From the IMG/VR virus record IMGVR_UViG_3300050120_000121, positions 1 to 64,000 of that record: a DNA stretch of 64,000 bases; one strand, given 5' to 3'. Position 1 is the first letter of the stretch; each line of letters opens with the position of its first letter. The notes under the pieces are model-generated. The model was given only the letters and a program-made list of their open reading frames with translations, searched no databases and had not been told where the DNA came from. The DNA comes from a virus. Shown in pieces: positions 25,645 through 34,990 of this stretch. The translations under genes and the position numbers were made by a program.

Positions 25645-28219
25645 TCGTGAAGATTTGGAATCTCAATTCGCCAAGAGATTCGGCAAGCTCGCAAGACGAC
25701 ATTTAAGGGAGTTTCGCAGACTTCTCGGAGATCCTCCAGACTTGAGTAATGTCCCTCCTGAGTTTTGGGACAAAATGCAGAGGGAAACCGACGCAGAACT
25801 GTACGCGATCCTACTGCTGATCTTCGATGAATCCGCGATCTATCACGGATGGGACACTGCCGAGTCAGGATTAGCGGCATACGGCTGGGCGAAACAACGG
25901 GCTGAAGATTTCTCCAAGTATTGGGTTGAGTCGACACAGACGCGATTGGCGAACGGATTTGACAAGCTCACGACACCAGAACCAGTTCGCGAAACGACCG
26001 TAGCCGAAGCACGAGCAGCGGCGGGCATGGGCGGAACTGGAAGTCGCAATCGAACAACTGGTGGCGATGAGGATGAACCGTTCGAACCCGTCAACCGAAT
26101 CCTGCCAGGACAACAGCCAGTCAAGATCCCATCGAAGCAAGAGATTGACGAACTACTGAAGGATACGTTTGGCGAGAATCGAATAGAAACCAACGTGATT
26201 GACGAAACCACGAGGGCACGTCACGCAGGCGGCGAAGCGGCCATTGAAGAGACGGTTGGCATCTCGCAGGATGATCGCTGGCGAAACAATCCGCAGGACA
26301 GCAAATCAGGTCCGTGCCCGATCTGCACAAAACTGAATGGATTGAGAAGAGCCGATTGGCCGTGGCGATATCGTGAAGGACCGCCGTCACCTCACCCGAG
26401 ATGTTGCTGTACCGTCGATCATGCGCTGGTCCCGCTCTCCGACGCCATCGGTCGCATGTTGGACGATCCAGACTACAAAAGCCTGAAAGCGTTCAACGAG
26501 GCGGAATCGAGAGACGAAGGCGGAAAATGGACGAGCGGCGGTTCAACTGCTTCGGGGAAAGTAAATCTCGAAAAGATTCATGATCCGAGAGTTGTCAATC
26601 GCGTTCATCAAACATTGTCCGATCTTCACGACCGATTCGGATTGAAACTCGACAGCGTTGAAGCAAAGCATCTTGACGAGAATATATTCGGCAACGCCGA
26701 GTCGGCACACATGCTCACGCTTCAATCGGGGCGAGAAAAGAACGGAAAGCGGGTATGGGAAAACTCTCACCATTTAACGCTGAATTCGGATCATTGGCAG
26801 GACGGTGAATCGTTCAACAAAAAGCGTCACGAATTGCCAGATGGATACCTCGCGGATTCATCGGCAACCGGCATGATTCGACACGAGTACGCTCACGCAT
26901 TGGAAAAAGAGCATCCTGAAGACGCAGCGAAGATCCAAGAGATTTATCGACAGTACAAGCCGACTGGCGGAACCGTCAGCGGATATTCGATTCACAGTTC
27001 AAAAGAGATGGTCGCAGAAGGATTTGCTCATTGGATGCAGCAGGGATCGCTAGCAGGAACCGGATTAGACGCATTGGAACCGATTTTCAGAAGTTGGGAG
27101 AAAAATGAGCACACTGCAAAAGGAATTGGAAGTTATTCAAGTCGAACACAGATTGCGGACCGAATCGCGACTGGAGATAGAGCTTCTAAGGATTCTGCTG
27201 AGGCAGGCGACGGCATGTCGAATTACGCATCGCGACAAATGGAGAATGCAAGAGATATTTCAAGAGGTTCCTCGATTGGCGAATCAATATGGAATCGAGA
27301 TGGTGAACGCGAAGGAACTGGCCTGACTCCGCGATTCAACCTCAAGTCATGGTATCGTGTCATCCCAAACGCAGCGGAATGGCGAGCGTATTGCCGAGAG
27401 AACGAACTGGATGTGAATAACCGACTGGCATTTAAAAGTTGGTCCATGAAATCGCATGATGTCTCAGGCGAATCACGAGACGATCGCGGCAGATGGACCG
27501 TCAGCGGAAGTCGTGTCATCACCCCAAATGGCGAAAAGCATTCGTTTCACAATAGCCCAGAAGACGCTCAACAAATCGCGGACTACGAAAACAACCGAAT
27601 CGACAGCAAGCCGCTCATCGCGGAATCCAATCGGTTGCTTCGCGAACTAGGGCACCCTCCCGTCGCATCCTTCGACAAGCACGGAAATCCGACAATCCAT
27701 CCTGATGAGATCAGAGACGCGATTCATCAAGCGAATGAGGCCAACGAACTTCTGAAAGATCATCCGAATGTTCCAAAAGCGAAGGTCTCTGTAGTAGATG
27801 ACATGCCATCGAGCAGTCATGATCCAGCACAAATCAAGGAATCGCTGGAAGAGTTAAAGAAAATCAACAGCATCCTCGCAAAACATGGCCAACAGAAAAT
27901 CGGATTGTCACACGACGCTGATTTCGGCGGTGTGTTTCCAGATGTGACAGACGGCAACACGGCAGAGGATGTGACGGAACTAGATCGCGAATCCGCGAAA
28001 TTGAATAAGCGACTTGAAAGCTACGGGCTGAATCCAAAGGTTCACATCAAATTGACGAAAAGCGACGGGAGCCACGAAATCGGATTGTCACATGATCCTG
28101 ACGAATTGAGCGAGGCTCTTGATATGCTTCGAGACTTCAAGAACAAGAAAAGCTTATTGCCGGAATGGATCGTCAAGGAATTGGAGCCGTTTGGGTTCCG
28201 ATCACACTCCATTAGCTGA
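25628..28219 (+). CDS. MuF/SPP1-gp7-like head morphogenesis protein fused to an HExxH metallopeptidase and an unknown C-terminal domain
   Basis: MuF motifs ETTRA, CPICTKLNG, PPSPHPRCCC; zincin motifs IRHEYAHALE...SGYS...EMVAEGF. Confidence 0.85.
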   Translation: MSELPNREDLESQFAKRFGKLARRHLREFRRLLGDPPDLSNVPPEFWDKMQRETDAELYAILLLIFDESAIYHGWDTAESGLAAYGWAKQRAEDFSKYWVESTQTRLANGFDKLTTPEPVRETTVAEARAAAGMGGTGSRNRTTGGDEDEPFEPVNRILPGQQPVKIPSKQEIDELLKDTFGENRIETNVIDETTRARHAGGEAAIEETVGISQDDRWRNNPQDSKSGPCPICTKLNGLRRADWPWRYREGPPSPHPRCCCTVDHALVPLSDAIGRMLDDPDYKSLKAFNEAESRDEGGKWTSGGSTASGKVNLEKIHDPRVVNRVHQTLSDLHDRFGLKLDSVEAKHLDENIFGNAESAHMLTLQSGREKNGKRVWENSHHLTLNSDHWQDGESFNKKRHELPDGYLADSSATGMIRHEYAHALEKEHPEDAAKIQEIYRQYKPTGGTVSGYSIHSSKEMVAEGFAHWMQQGSLAGTGLDALEPIFRSWEKNEHTAKGIGSYSSRTQIADRIATGDRASKDSAEAGDGMSNYASRQMENARDISRGSSIGESIWNRDGEREGTGLTPRFNLKSWYRVIPNAAEWRAYCRENELDVNNRLAFKSWSMKSHDVSGESRDDRGRWTVSGSRVITPNGEKHSFHNSPEDAQQIADYENNRIDSKPLIAESNRLLRELGHPPVASFDKHGNPTIHPDEIRDAIHQANEANELLKDHPNVPKAKVSVVDDMPSSSHDPAQIKESLEELKKINSILAKHGQQKIGLSHDADFGGVFPDVTDGNTAEDVTELDRESAKLNKRLESYGLNPKVHIKLTKSDGSHEIGLSHDPDELSEALDMLRDFKNKKSLLPEWIVKELEPFGFRSHSIS

Positions 28220-28255
28220 TTCTCAGAAATCTTTTCAGAATCTTGCCGAATAGTA

Positions 28256-28338
28256 TTGACGTAGAATAAATCAGTCGATACTATCCTGCTGTCGCGTGCG
28301 AACGACAGTAACTCTGAACTCTTGCGGAAAGAACAATC
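28256..28338 (+). promoter_or_regulatory. Sigma70-type promoter and leader hairpin related to 20780-20881
   Basis: TTGACG (28256)-17-TACTAT (28279); hairpin ctgtcg-cgtgcgaa-cgacag; aactcttgcg. Confidence 0.75.
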
Positions 28339-28512
28339 ATGAACGATGCAACTCTCAACGCATTCCGTCAAATCGCGGAAGCCATGCAAACCAAGCCAAC
28401 AGACTGGCAGTGGATCGGCGAATTCATGTCACAACGCATGTTCGGAATCACGGAAGAACGAGCGAAATCGTACGCGGCGAAACATGGCGGCGTTGCCAAG
28501 AAAATGGAGTAA
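28339..28512 (+). CDS. 57-aa hypothetical protein (below the ORF-track cutoff)
   Basis: MNDATLNAFRQIAEAMQ...GGVAKKME directly after the leader. Confidence 0.6.
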   Translation: MNDATLNAFRQIAEAMQTKPTDWQWIGEFMSQRMFGITEERAKSYAAKHGGVAKKME

Positions 28513-28518
28513 TCGGCC

Positions 28519-28659
28519 ATGTCCAAATCAATCGAAAGCTGGATCACCGCTCTGGCAAAATCAACTGGCAAAACGGTTGAAGAGGCACAGCGGGAACTTT
28601 GGGAATCTGGTCTGTTCTACGGGCTCAAATCTGGTGAGACGTTCCGCAAATCAAACTGA
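28519..28659 (+). CDS. 46-aa hypothetical protein
   Basis: MSKSIESWITALAKSTGKT...; fills the operon gap. Confidence 0.5.
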   Translation: MSKSIESWITALAKSTGKTVEEAQRELWESGLFYGLKSGETFRKSN

Positions 28660-28671
28660 AGGGGAAGTGAA

Positions 28672-29091
28672 ATGCCAGTTTACGAACGAACGAAGATGTG
28701 TGCCGAATGTCCGTTTCGAGCGAAGGCAATCAAGGGTTGGCTTGGCCCACTGACAATCGACGATCTGGAGCAATCCGTCCACGGCGTGAAAATAGGAGGC
28801 GCATTCGTCGGTGATCTGGGCGAGATAGTCTGCCATATGGAAATTGACCGAATGCAGGACGAGATGAACGAACAGGGCGAGCCGATCGACGATGATCGGA
28901 TCGCAGAAGAGGGCCAGCAGTGCGTCGGCATGATTCGATATGCGAATTCACTCTGTAAACGATCGAGGGTTCGCGAAGTGCGCGACTTTCAGGCGACAGT
29001 CAAAGCAACTCCCGATGAGCCGACGATTCCTCCGTTCAAGCTGCGGGAACATCACACGCTTCCAGCGAAGAAAACAACGCGTAATCCGTGA
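28672..29091 (+). CDS. Cys-rich phage protein
   Basis: CAECPFR...CH...CVG. Confidence 0.6.
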   Translation: MPVYERTKMCAECPFRAKAIKGWLGPLTIDDLEQSVHGVKIGGAFVGDLGEIVCHMEIDRMQDEMNEQGEPIDDDRIAEEGQQCVGMIRYANSLCKRSRVREVRDFQATVKATPDEPTIPPFKLREHHTLPAKKTTRNP

Positions 29092-29158
29092 TCCAAAACA
29101 CTCCTCGCTCCGTTGAATCCCTCATCGGACAGAAACTCAAACCAAAGGAAGCAATTCA

Positions 29159-29914
29159 ATGCTGACATTTCATGGCGACGCAAAACTGAAGGCCGATTTG
29201 CTCGCCGAAATCCAACGACATCGTAAACAGGATCAAATCATCCAAGGATCGTACGGCGAAGGCGACGACGCGGAGTGGAAAGGTTGCGCGGTGGGATGCT
29301 CGATTCATTCTCTGAACAAGATCCGCAACAAGACGAAAGACGTTTCGACCCATTCTGTTTATGAAACAGAATTCGGAATCCCTGCGATCTTAGCCTATTT
29401 GGAGGATGGAATTTTCGAAGGTTTGCCACAAAAAGAAGCGGTCGAGTTTCCTGCTGCATTCATTCAGGCAGTCCCAGTCGGAGTTGATCTGTCGAAAGTT
29501 GTTCATCGTTTTCTCGCTTGGATGTTGGACGATCCCGAACAGGGCGTGATTCGGTTTGCGGATGATGCCGGAAAAATCTCAATCCATGCAGTTGCTGAAC
29601 TTCATCGACAGGAAGCGATATCGACCGTGACGAAGGCAGCATGGTCGGCAGCCCGGTCGGCAGCAGAGTCGGCAGCCCGGTCGGCAGCATGGTCGGCAGC
29701 CCGGTCGGCAGCCCAGTCGGCAGCAGAGTCGGCAGCATGGTCGGCAGCAGAGTCGGCAGCAGAGTCGGCAGCCCGGTCGGCAGCAGAGTCGGCAGCATGG
29801 TCGGCAGCCCGGTCGGCAGCAGAGTCGGCAGCATGGTCGGCAGCATGGTCGGCAGCCCGGTCGGCTCAATCCAATAAGTTGCTGCACCTGCTATCTGAAT
29901 GCACCGAGAAGTAA
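29159..29914 (+). CDS. Phage protein with C-terminal (AAxS)n repeat
   Basis: N-domain GCAVGC...EGL; repeat is in frame; AAGGA RBS. Confidence 0.75.
   Translation: MLTFHGDAKLKADLLAEIQRHRKQDQIIQGSYGEGDDAEWKGCAVGCSIHSLNKIRNKTKDVSTHSVYETEFGIPAILAYLEDGIFEGLPQKEAVEFPAAFIQAVPVGVDLSKVVHRFLAWMLDDPEQGVIRFADDAGKISIHAVAELHRQEAISTVTKAAWSAARSAAESAARSAAWSAARSAAQSAAESAAWSAAESAAESAARSAAESAAWSAARSAAESAAWSAAWSAARSAQSNKLLHLLSECTEK
29636..29863. repeat. 19 x 12-bp coding tandem repeat
   Basis: gcagc(a/c)-(tgg/cgg/gag/cag)-tcg. Confidence 0.95.
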
Positions 29915-29917
29915 ATC

Positions 29918-30136
29918 ATGCGAATCCTCCCCTGTGCCGCAGACTTCGATTTCTATCTTGGCGGGAAGTTGGCTCCGTGGAATAACGCGGCCAGCATCGC
30001 GTTTCGATGGCAAGCCGCGAATCTTGCTAGAACAGGAAAGTCTCTCGACGATGCGGCCAAGGACATCACGCAGATTATTCGTCAAGAGATGGGAAACGAC
30101 AGCGTCACAATCATGGTTAGGAAACAAGAGCCATGA
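29918..30136 (+). CDS. Hypothetical protein
   Basis: Part of the operon chain. Confidence 0.5.
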   Translation: MRILPCAADFDFYLGGKLAPWNNAASIAFRWQAANLARTGKSLDDAAKDITQIIRQEMGNDSVTIMVRKQEP

Positions 30137-30441
30137 GCTTTCACCAATGCAAATACTGCGGAACCCGATTCGAGTACAACGACGAAGTCGGATACGACAG
30201 GGAAATCTGCGGCGTCAAATGCGACTTCCTTCACGCGGGGAAGCAATCCGAACGCGACAGGCTTGCGGCAATGAACGTCGACGGTCTGCATCTGCCAGAA
30301 TGGATCAACTACTGGGCGGAAGGCAACCTGCAATCTCTTCAAGATGGGTTCAGCAGCAATGAGGCATTGAGAAGGGAACTCGTGTTTATTTCCAATGTTC
30401 TCGAAGTGTTCCTGTCACCAGAAAAGGATGCAAAACCATGA
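30133..30441 (+). CDS. Zn-finger hypothetical protein
   Basis: CKYCG...CGVKC. Confidence 0.55.
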   Translation: MSFHQCKYCGTRFEYNDEVGYDREICGVKCDFLHAGKQSERDRLAAMNVDGLHLPEWINYWAEGNLQSLQDGFSSNEALRRELVFISNVLEVFLSPEKDAKP

Positions 30442-30740
30442 AACACAAGATCAACGAATACTATGTCAGCACGTCAGAAGGTGCGAAGGATCTGATTAAC
30501 TTCACATCCTCGATGAAACACTCATGCGGAACTTATGACTTCGACGAGAAGGATCAAATCAAAGTCGCCATTCGTATCGCAGAAATCGAAGACAGTGAAT
30601 CTCGGACGCTTGCATTGGAAGTCATGCAAGCCGCGATGAGGCTTTATGGAAAGTTGATAGTCGCGAGATCGGCATTTGAGGCAATCGACAAGGTTCTGAA
30701 AGGTATCGCGGCGGAAGAAACCGAAGAGAAAGCGAACTAA
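30438..30740 (+). CDS. Hypothetical protein
   Basis: ATGA overlap and RBS. Confidence 0.55.
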   Translation: MKHKINEYYVSTSEGAKDLINFTSSMKHSCGTYDFDEKDQIKVAIRIAEIEDSESRTLALEVMQAAMRLYGKLIVARSAFEAIDKVLKGIAAEETEEKAN

Positions 30741-30913
30741 TGACTGAAGCACAAATTGAAACCCGTCTGACAATGCTTGAAGGCATGATCGCACGTGAGC
30801 GGAACACATCGACGCTCAAAGCCTTAACCGTGACCTATCAAAAGTTGATGGATCGGCTGGTTGAGATGGATCTGGCGAAACAAGCGAAAGGAAACACCAA
30901 TGGCGATGAATAA
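30740..30913 (+). CDS. 57-aa helical protein
   Basis: TAATG overlap; MTEAQIETRLTMLEGM... Confidence 0.5.
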   Translation: MTEAQIETRLTMLEGMIARERNTSTLKALTVTYQKLMDRLVEMDLAKQAKGNTNGDE

Positions 30914-31271
30914 AAAAGAACAAACCGAGATGGAAGTGCTCAGAAGCGAGTTGGCAAAAGCAAAGGCGTTCCGATTCACGGAAAGGATAAAGCCAGACAT
31001 CCCAATTGCGAGCGGATATACAGATCTGAGGAAAGGTTTTCTATTCAACGAGCATTCGTCATACGAACAGGTCAAGCCAGCATGCTCTACGAGCAGTAAC
31101 CATTGTTTCGGAAGCGACCAGAAGACGACGACGCAGGGCGGAAGGTCGCTTTTCAGCACAGAAGTTCTGGCATGGCGTGCTCTCCGAAATGCATTGGAGG
31201 ACAGTTTTGCGGAACGGCTGGCGAAAATAGACGAGAGGATTCATGATCTTTATGAGAAAGGGAGCAAATGA
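30900..31271 (+). CDS. Hypothetical phage protein
   Basis: RBS aaagga; QGGRSLFST...ALR. Confidence 0.6.
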   Translation: MAMNKKEQTEMEVLRSELAKAKAFRFTERIKPDIPIASGYTDLRKGFLFNEHSSYEQVKPACSTSSNHCFGSDQKTTTQGGRSLFSTEVLAWRALRNALEDSFAERLAKIDERIHDLYEKGSK

Positions 31272-31549
31272 GCGATCTGAGCAGCAGAAACGAACGAGCA
31301 TTCCGCGAGCATGACAAATGGTTGATGAGCGGTCCTCCCGAATGGGAATTGCCAGATCCCCCGAAGTTCGACGACAGCGACAGCGTTCAATTGCCAGACG
31401 GTCGCATAGGCTCGATTATCGAAATCGGCGGAAGCGATCTTGTCGGATATACGTATCACATCGAAGTCGAGGACATGATCGGCGAACCACCGAACCACGA
31501 ATTGCAATGGTTCTTGGAACCCGAATTGAAGAAACCGGAAATCTCGTGA
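31268..31549 (+). CDS. SH3-like hypothetical protein
   Basis: VQLPDGRIGSIIEI...YHIEV. Confidence 0.55.
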   Translation: MSDLSSRNERAFREHDKWLMSGPPEWELPDPPKFDDSDSVQLPDGRIGSIIEIGGSDLVGYTYHIEVEDMIGEPPNHELQWFLEPELKKPEIS

Positions 31550-31608
31550 TCCGAATCATCTCGGGACACGTTCAGAAGTGCGTGACGTATTTTCTTTAAC
31601 TTGGAGGA

Positions 31609-31953
31609 ATGATTTTGGACATCAACAGTTTGACAGTCGGACAACTGAAGGAAATCAACAGGCTGATATCGGGTGGAGTATCGGACTCACATCAGCCCTA
31701 CGAAATCGGTGCGAACTACCTGATTCGCACAGTCACATTTGCCTATACGGGAAAGATCGTATCGGTCGGAAACTCGGAGATCGTTCTTGTCGATGCCGCG
31801 TGGATTGCTGATACGGGGCGATTCGCGGATGCCGTGACGAAAGGATCGTTCAACGAAGTCGAACCGTTTCCAGACGGAGAGAACGTCATCATTGGACGAA
31901 GCACGGTGATTGACGCGGTTAAAATCAAGACATTGCCAAGGAGCCAAAAATGA
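31609..31953 (+). CDS. Sm/SH3-like beta-barrel phage protein
   Basis: YEIGANYLIRTVTFAYTGKIV...LVDAAWIADTGRF; GGAGG RBS. Confidence 0.75.
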   Translation: MILDINSLTVGQLKEINRLISGGVSDSHQPYEIGANYLIRTVTFAYTGKIVSVGNSEIVLVDAAWIADTGRFADAVTKGSFNEVEPFPDGENVIIGRSTVIDAVKIKTLPRSQK

Positions 31954-32189
31954 TCTGCGTCTCGCGACGGGGACTCGACGTTGGATATTACGGGTCAGGG
32001 TCAGGGTCACGGTCAGGGTCATGGTCAGGGTCACGGTCATGGTCAGGGTCAGGGTCATGGTCAGGGTCACGGTCATGGTCAGGGTCAGGGTCATGGTCAG
32101 GGTCACGGTCATGGTCAGGGTCAGGGTCAGGGTCACGGTCAGGGTCATGGTCAGGGTCAGGGTCACGGTCATGGTCAGGGTCACGGTGA
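31950..32189 (+). CDS. Ser-Gly/Arg/Trp repeat peptide
   Basis: ATGA overlap and AGGAG RBS; stop directly after the repeat. Confidence 0.65.
   Translation: MICVSRRGLDVGYYGSGSGSRSGSWSGSRSWSGSGSWSGSRSWSGSGSWSGSRSWSGSGSGSRSGSWSGSGSRSWSGSR
31992..32183. repeat. 32 x 6-bp repeat NGGTCA
   Basis: N is only G, C or T. Confidence 0.95.
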
Positions 32190-32248
32190 AGAGAAACATG
32201 CCAAACGCCGCGGTTCGCGGCATTTGGCATTCAATACGAAAGGAAATC

Positions 32249-33169
32249 ATGTCACAGAAATTCATTGCAGCGAAACGCGGGGCATTCAATGGCTGGTTTG
32301 GCGTGATCTACGAATACGACGCATCCGGCAACACGGAAGTGCGAATCTGGTCATCGCCGACGAATCGCGACAAGAAAGAACAGGCGATCGACGACGCGAC
32401 CGAGAAAGCACGTAAGATTCTTCTAGATGCCATCGGCGGAATCCATCACGTAGTTTCAATCACGATGCAACCGAACTTCCTCAAAGTCGCGACCGACGAG
32501 GCGTTTGAGAGTTTCCTCGCCGGATGTGATCTAACCAATCGACAGGCAGAACAACTGGAAAAAGCACGCACGGAAAAGGAAGCTGCCGACAAGATCGAGG
32601 CGAAACGATTAGCCGATGAAAAGACCGCTCAAGACTTGAAGGACGCAGAAGCCCGCGAAACACAACGCAAGGCCGACGACGAACAAAGGGCCGCGTTGAA
32701 AAAGCAGGCCGACGAACTCGCCACGAAACAGGCGGAACTCGACAAACAAGCTGCGGACCAGAAAGCAGAAGCCGCCAAAATCGCCGCCGATCAAAAGTCA
32801 GCACAAGACAAGATCGACTCAGCCAACAAAAAGATTGCCGACGATCTAGCCGCAGTCGAGCAAAAGAAACTCGACGACATTGAAACTGCAAAACGAGAAA
32901 CCTACGACGGGAATCCACGGTTCGCATGGCGATTTGAAAAGCCTACGAAACCGGCAGCAGATAGCCCCTTCAAATCACTGGCACCGTTCGCGACATACTC
33001 GTTTACTCACAAAACATCGGAAGGCAAGTTCGACTTCTCGTTCAAGAAGGAAACAGGCGATACCGTCAACTTCCAGATGGATCGCGAAGAAACCGTCCGC
33101 CTTCACGAATGCCTGACGCGGATTCTGGCATCAGACGCGGCGAATTCTATGAGCGGGGATCAATCGTGA
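32249..33169 (+). CDS. Protein with a long Ala/Lys/Glu coiled coil
   Basis: AAAGGA RBS before MSQKF. Confidence 0.65.
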   Translation: MSQKFIAAKRGAFNGWFGVIYEYDASGNTEVRIWSSPTNRDKKEQAIDDATEKARKILLDAIGGIHHVVSITMQPNFLKVATDEAFESFLAGCDLTNRQAEQLEKARTEKEAADKIEAKRLADEKTAQDLKDAEARETQRKADDEQRAALKKQADELATKQAELDKQAADQKAEAAKIAADQKSAQDKIDSANKKIADDLAAVEQKKLDDIETAKRETYDGNPRFAWRFEKPTKPAADSPFKSLAPFATYSFTHKTSEGKFDFSFKKETGDTVNFQMDREETVRLHECLTRILASDAANSMSGDQS

Positions 33170-33459
33170 AACACGTTCCGACATTGACGAAAGTTCCCGA
33201 AGTTCTCATGTCGCTGCCGTGGCAGAAGATCAGCGAATATGCTCACGAGCACTACACGCAGATCAGTGACGGTGATCGACTGCTGGTTGCTGTCCCGTTC
33301 TACGAAAGCGTCGACGGGAAATTCACTGACGAATGGCGATACGATATCGCAACAATCAAAATCAGTTTCGGCGACTGCAGAATCAGCAGCGTCGTCATCG
33401 GCAATGAATATGACTTTGACTGCGAATTCTCCGACTGCGATTGGTTTGTAAAACTCTGA
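33166..33459 (+). CDS. Hypothetical protein
   Basis: GTGA overlap. Confidence 0.5.
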   Translation: MKHVPTLTKVPEVLMSLPWQKISEYAHEHYTQISDGDRLLVAVPFYESVDGKFTDEWRYDIATIKISFGDCRISSVVIGNEYDFDCEFSDCDWFVKL

Positions 33460-33488
33460 AAGGACAACAATGCCTGAAAGGGTCAGCG

Positions 33489-33728
33489 ATGATTGAACGA
33501 GAGTTATTGCAGGACATTGGCTTTCAACGTGGAGCCGGGGATTGGCCATGTGAAGTGTGGGTCTACGAAGGAATGTTTTGGGTCTGGTTCGGTGACATCC
33601 CCGATTCGGCAAGATTTGATTTGACAACAATTGATGGCAGATCTGTGACACGGGAAGAATTCTTTAATGTCTTCATCGAAGCGGTCAAGGATGAGCAGCG
33701 TGATTTGTGCAGTCCTGGATCATGGTAG
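33489..33728 (+). CDS. Hypothetical protein
   Basis: Part of the operon chain. Confidence 0.5.
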   Translation: MIERELLQDIGFQRGAGDWPCEVWVYEGMFWVWFGDIPDSARFDLTTIDGRSVTREEFFNVFIEAVKDEQRDLCSPGSW

Positions 33729-33748
33729 TCAGCCTGAAAGGAACCCGA

Positions 33749-34138
33749 ATGATTGTTCGAATCTTCTGTTGTGGCTGTCAGGTAGATGTGTTACCGGCGC
33801 TAACTGACGGCAGAGAAATCTATCCGCATCGTTCGGATTTGCACGATCTACCGTTTTGGAAATGAGATGCCTGCGGAAACTACGTTGGCTGTCATCACAA
33901 GACGAACACGCCGACAAAACCGCTTGGCAACATCCCGACACCGGAAATCAGAACGTTGCGAATGCGAATCCATGCGATCATCGACCCGGAGTGGAAATCA
34001 GGTAAATTGACGCGCGGACAGGTCTATCGAAGGCTGGCGAAAGCGTTACATCTGAAATCATTCCACACGAGCGACATCAGTACTGCGGAACAGGCGTTTT
34101 GCGTGCTCAAGACGGCGAATGAGATTTTCGTGATCTAA
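33749..34138 (+). pseudogene. DUF3268-like zinc-finger gene with an in-frame TGA at 33863
   Basis: MIVRIFCCGC...IYPHRSDL...FWK*DACGNYVGCH...PLG...H..IDPEWK; the stop sits at a CxxC cysteine position. Confidence 0.75.
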
Positions 34139-34197
34139 CCAAGTTGATTCCGCGTTGTTGCGGATGTGTCGAGTGAACCTTTTTTGGAGATTTTCGA

Positions 34198-34500
34198 ATG
34201 TCAGGACAGATCGAATTGGGCGACGAAGTGGAAGATGTTGTCACCGGATTCCGTGGTATCACAACCTGTAAGACGGACTACCTGAATGGATGTGCGAAAT
34301 TCGGAGTACAGCCGAAGCAAGGAAAAGACGGCAAGATGCCTGAGACATGGCATATTGACGAACCACAATTAAAAGTCGTCAAAAAGTCGAGCGTGAAGCC
34401 GGGAATCACGATTCCTCCAGCGACTCCGAAGAATCCCAATCCACAACCAGTTCGCACGGGAGGACCATCAATTCGCGGATCGAGCCTGAATCAGCGATAG
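34198..34500 (+). CDS. SH3-like phage protein
   Basis: IELGDEVEDVVTGFRGI...YLNGC...VQP. Confidence 0.7.
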   Translation: MSGQIELGDEVEDVVTGFRGITTCKTDYLNGCAKFGVQPKQGKDGKMPETWHIDEPQLKVVKKSSVKPGITIPPATPKNPNPQPVRTGGPSIRGSSLNQR

Positions 34501-34558
34501 ACAACTTTGGAACCGCTGCCCGCGTCACAAACCAGTGACCGACACGAAAACCAAGTTT

Positions 34559-34590
34559 GCCCTGTGCATTGATTTGCACGGGGCTTTCTC
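34559..34590 (+). terminator. Probable intrinsic terminator
   Basis: Stem gccctgtgca...tgcacgggc followed by T-rich tail. Confidence 0.5.
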
Positions 34591-34686
34591 ATTTATGGTT
34601 GCAAATCATGCGTTTCACATTTCCAGTTGCCAAGTTACGGCAAGTTTGCGATAACAAAACGCATCTGACAGATTAAACCTGCAAGG

Positions 34687-34908
34687 ATGCGGAAAATGCT
34701 CGTGAAAGATTCACCACAAGGGAAGCCGAAGCGACGTTGGATTCCGTACTACAAGCTGAACGTCGATTGCAACTGCCCTGACTGCCACGTTCCATGTATT
34801 GTCGGGAAAGTGCTTACCGGGACAGACGGAAAGCCAGTGCAGCATCGTTACTGCCCGAATTGCACGTTCAGTTTGAAGGTTCCTCTTCCCGCGTCTGAAG
34901 CCAAATAG
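34687..34908 (+). CDS. Zn-ribbon protein upstream of the head operon (possible regulator)
   Basis: CPDC...RYCPNC. Confidence 0.55.
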   Translation: MRKMLVKDSPQGKPKRRWIPYYKLNVDCNCPDCHVPCIVGKVLTGTDGKPVQHRYCPNCTFSLKVPLPASEAK

Positions 34909-34990
34909 ACCGCCGAATCGTATTAACGTTTGTACGTTTTCGCTCTGTTGGCATTCCGCGTATCTTGCCGTGTCCGTCTAATCGTCCCGC

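Noticed and set aside
29460-29887. Antisense and alternative ORFs such as the CCRPG Cys-rich frame
   Set aside because: Shadows of the 12-bp repeat within 29159-29914
29636-32183. Short tandem repeats as CRISPR arrays
   Set aside because: Units are 6 or 12 bp, contiguous, in frame and without spacers; no cas genes seen
31687-32415. Alternative-frame ORFs (VRVRV, GQGHG, DPDHD, TLTMT) across the NGGTCA repeat
   Set aside because: Open only because the repeat lacks stops in those frames; the 31950 frame has an RBS, a coupled start and a stop at the repeat end
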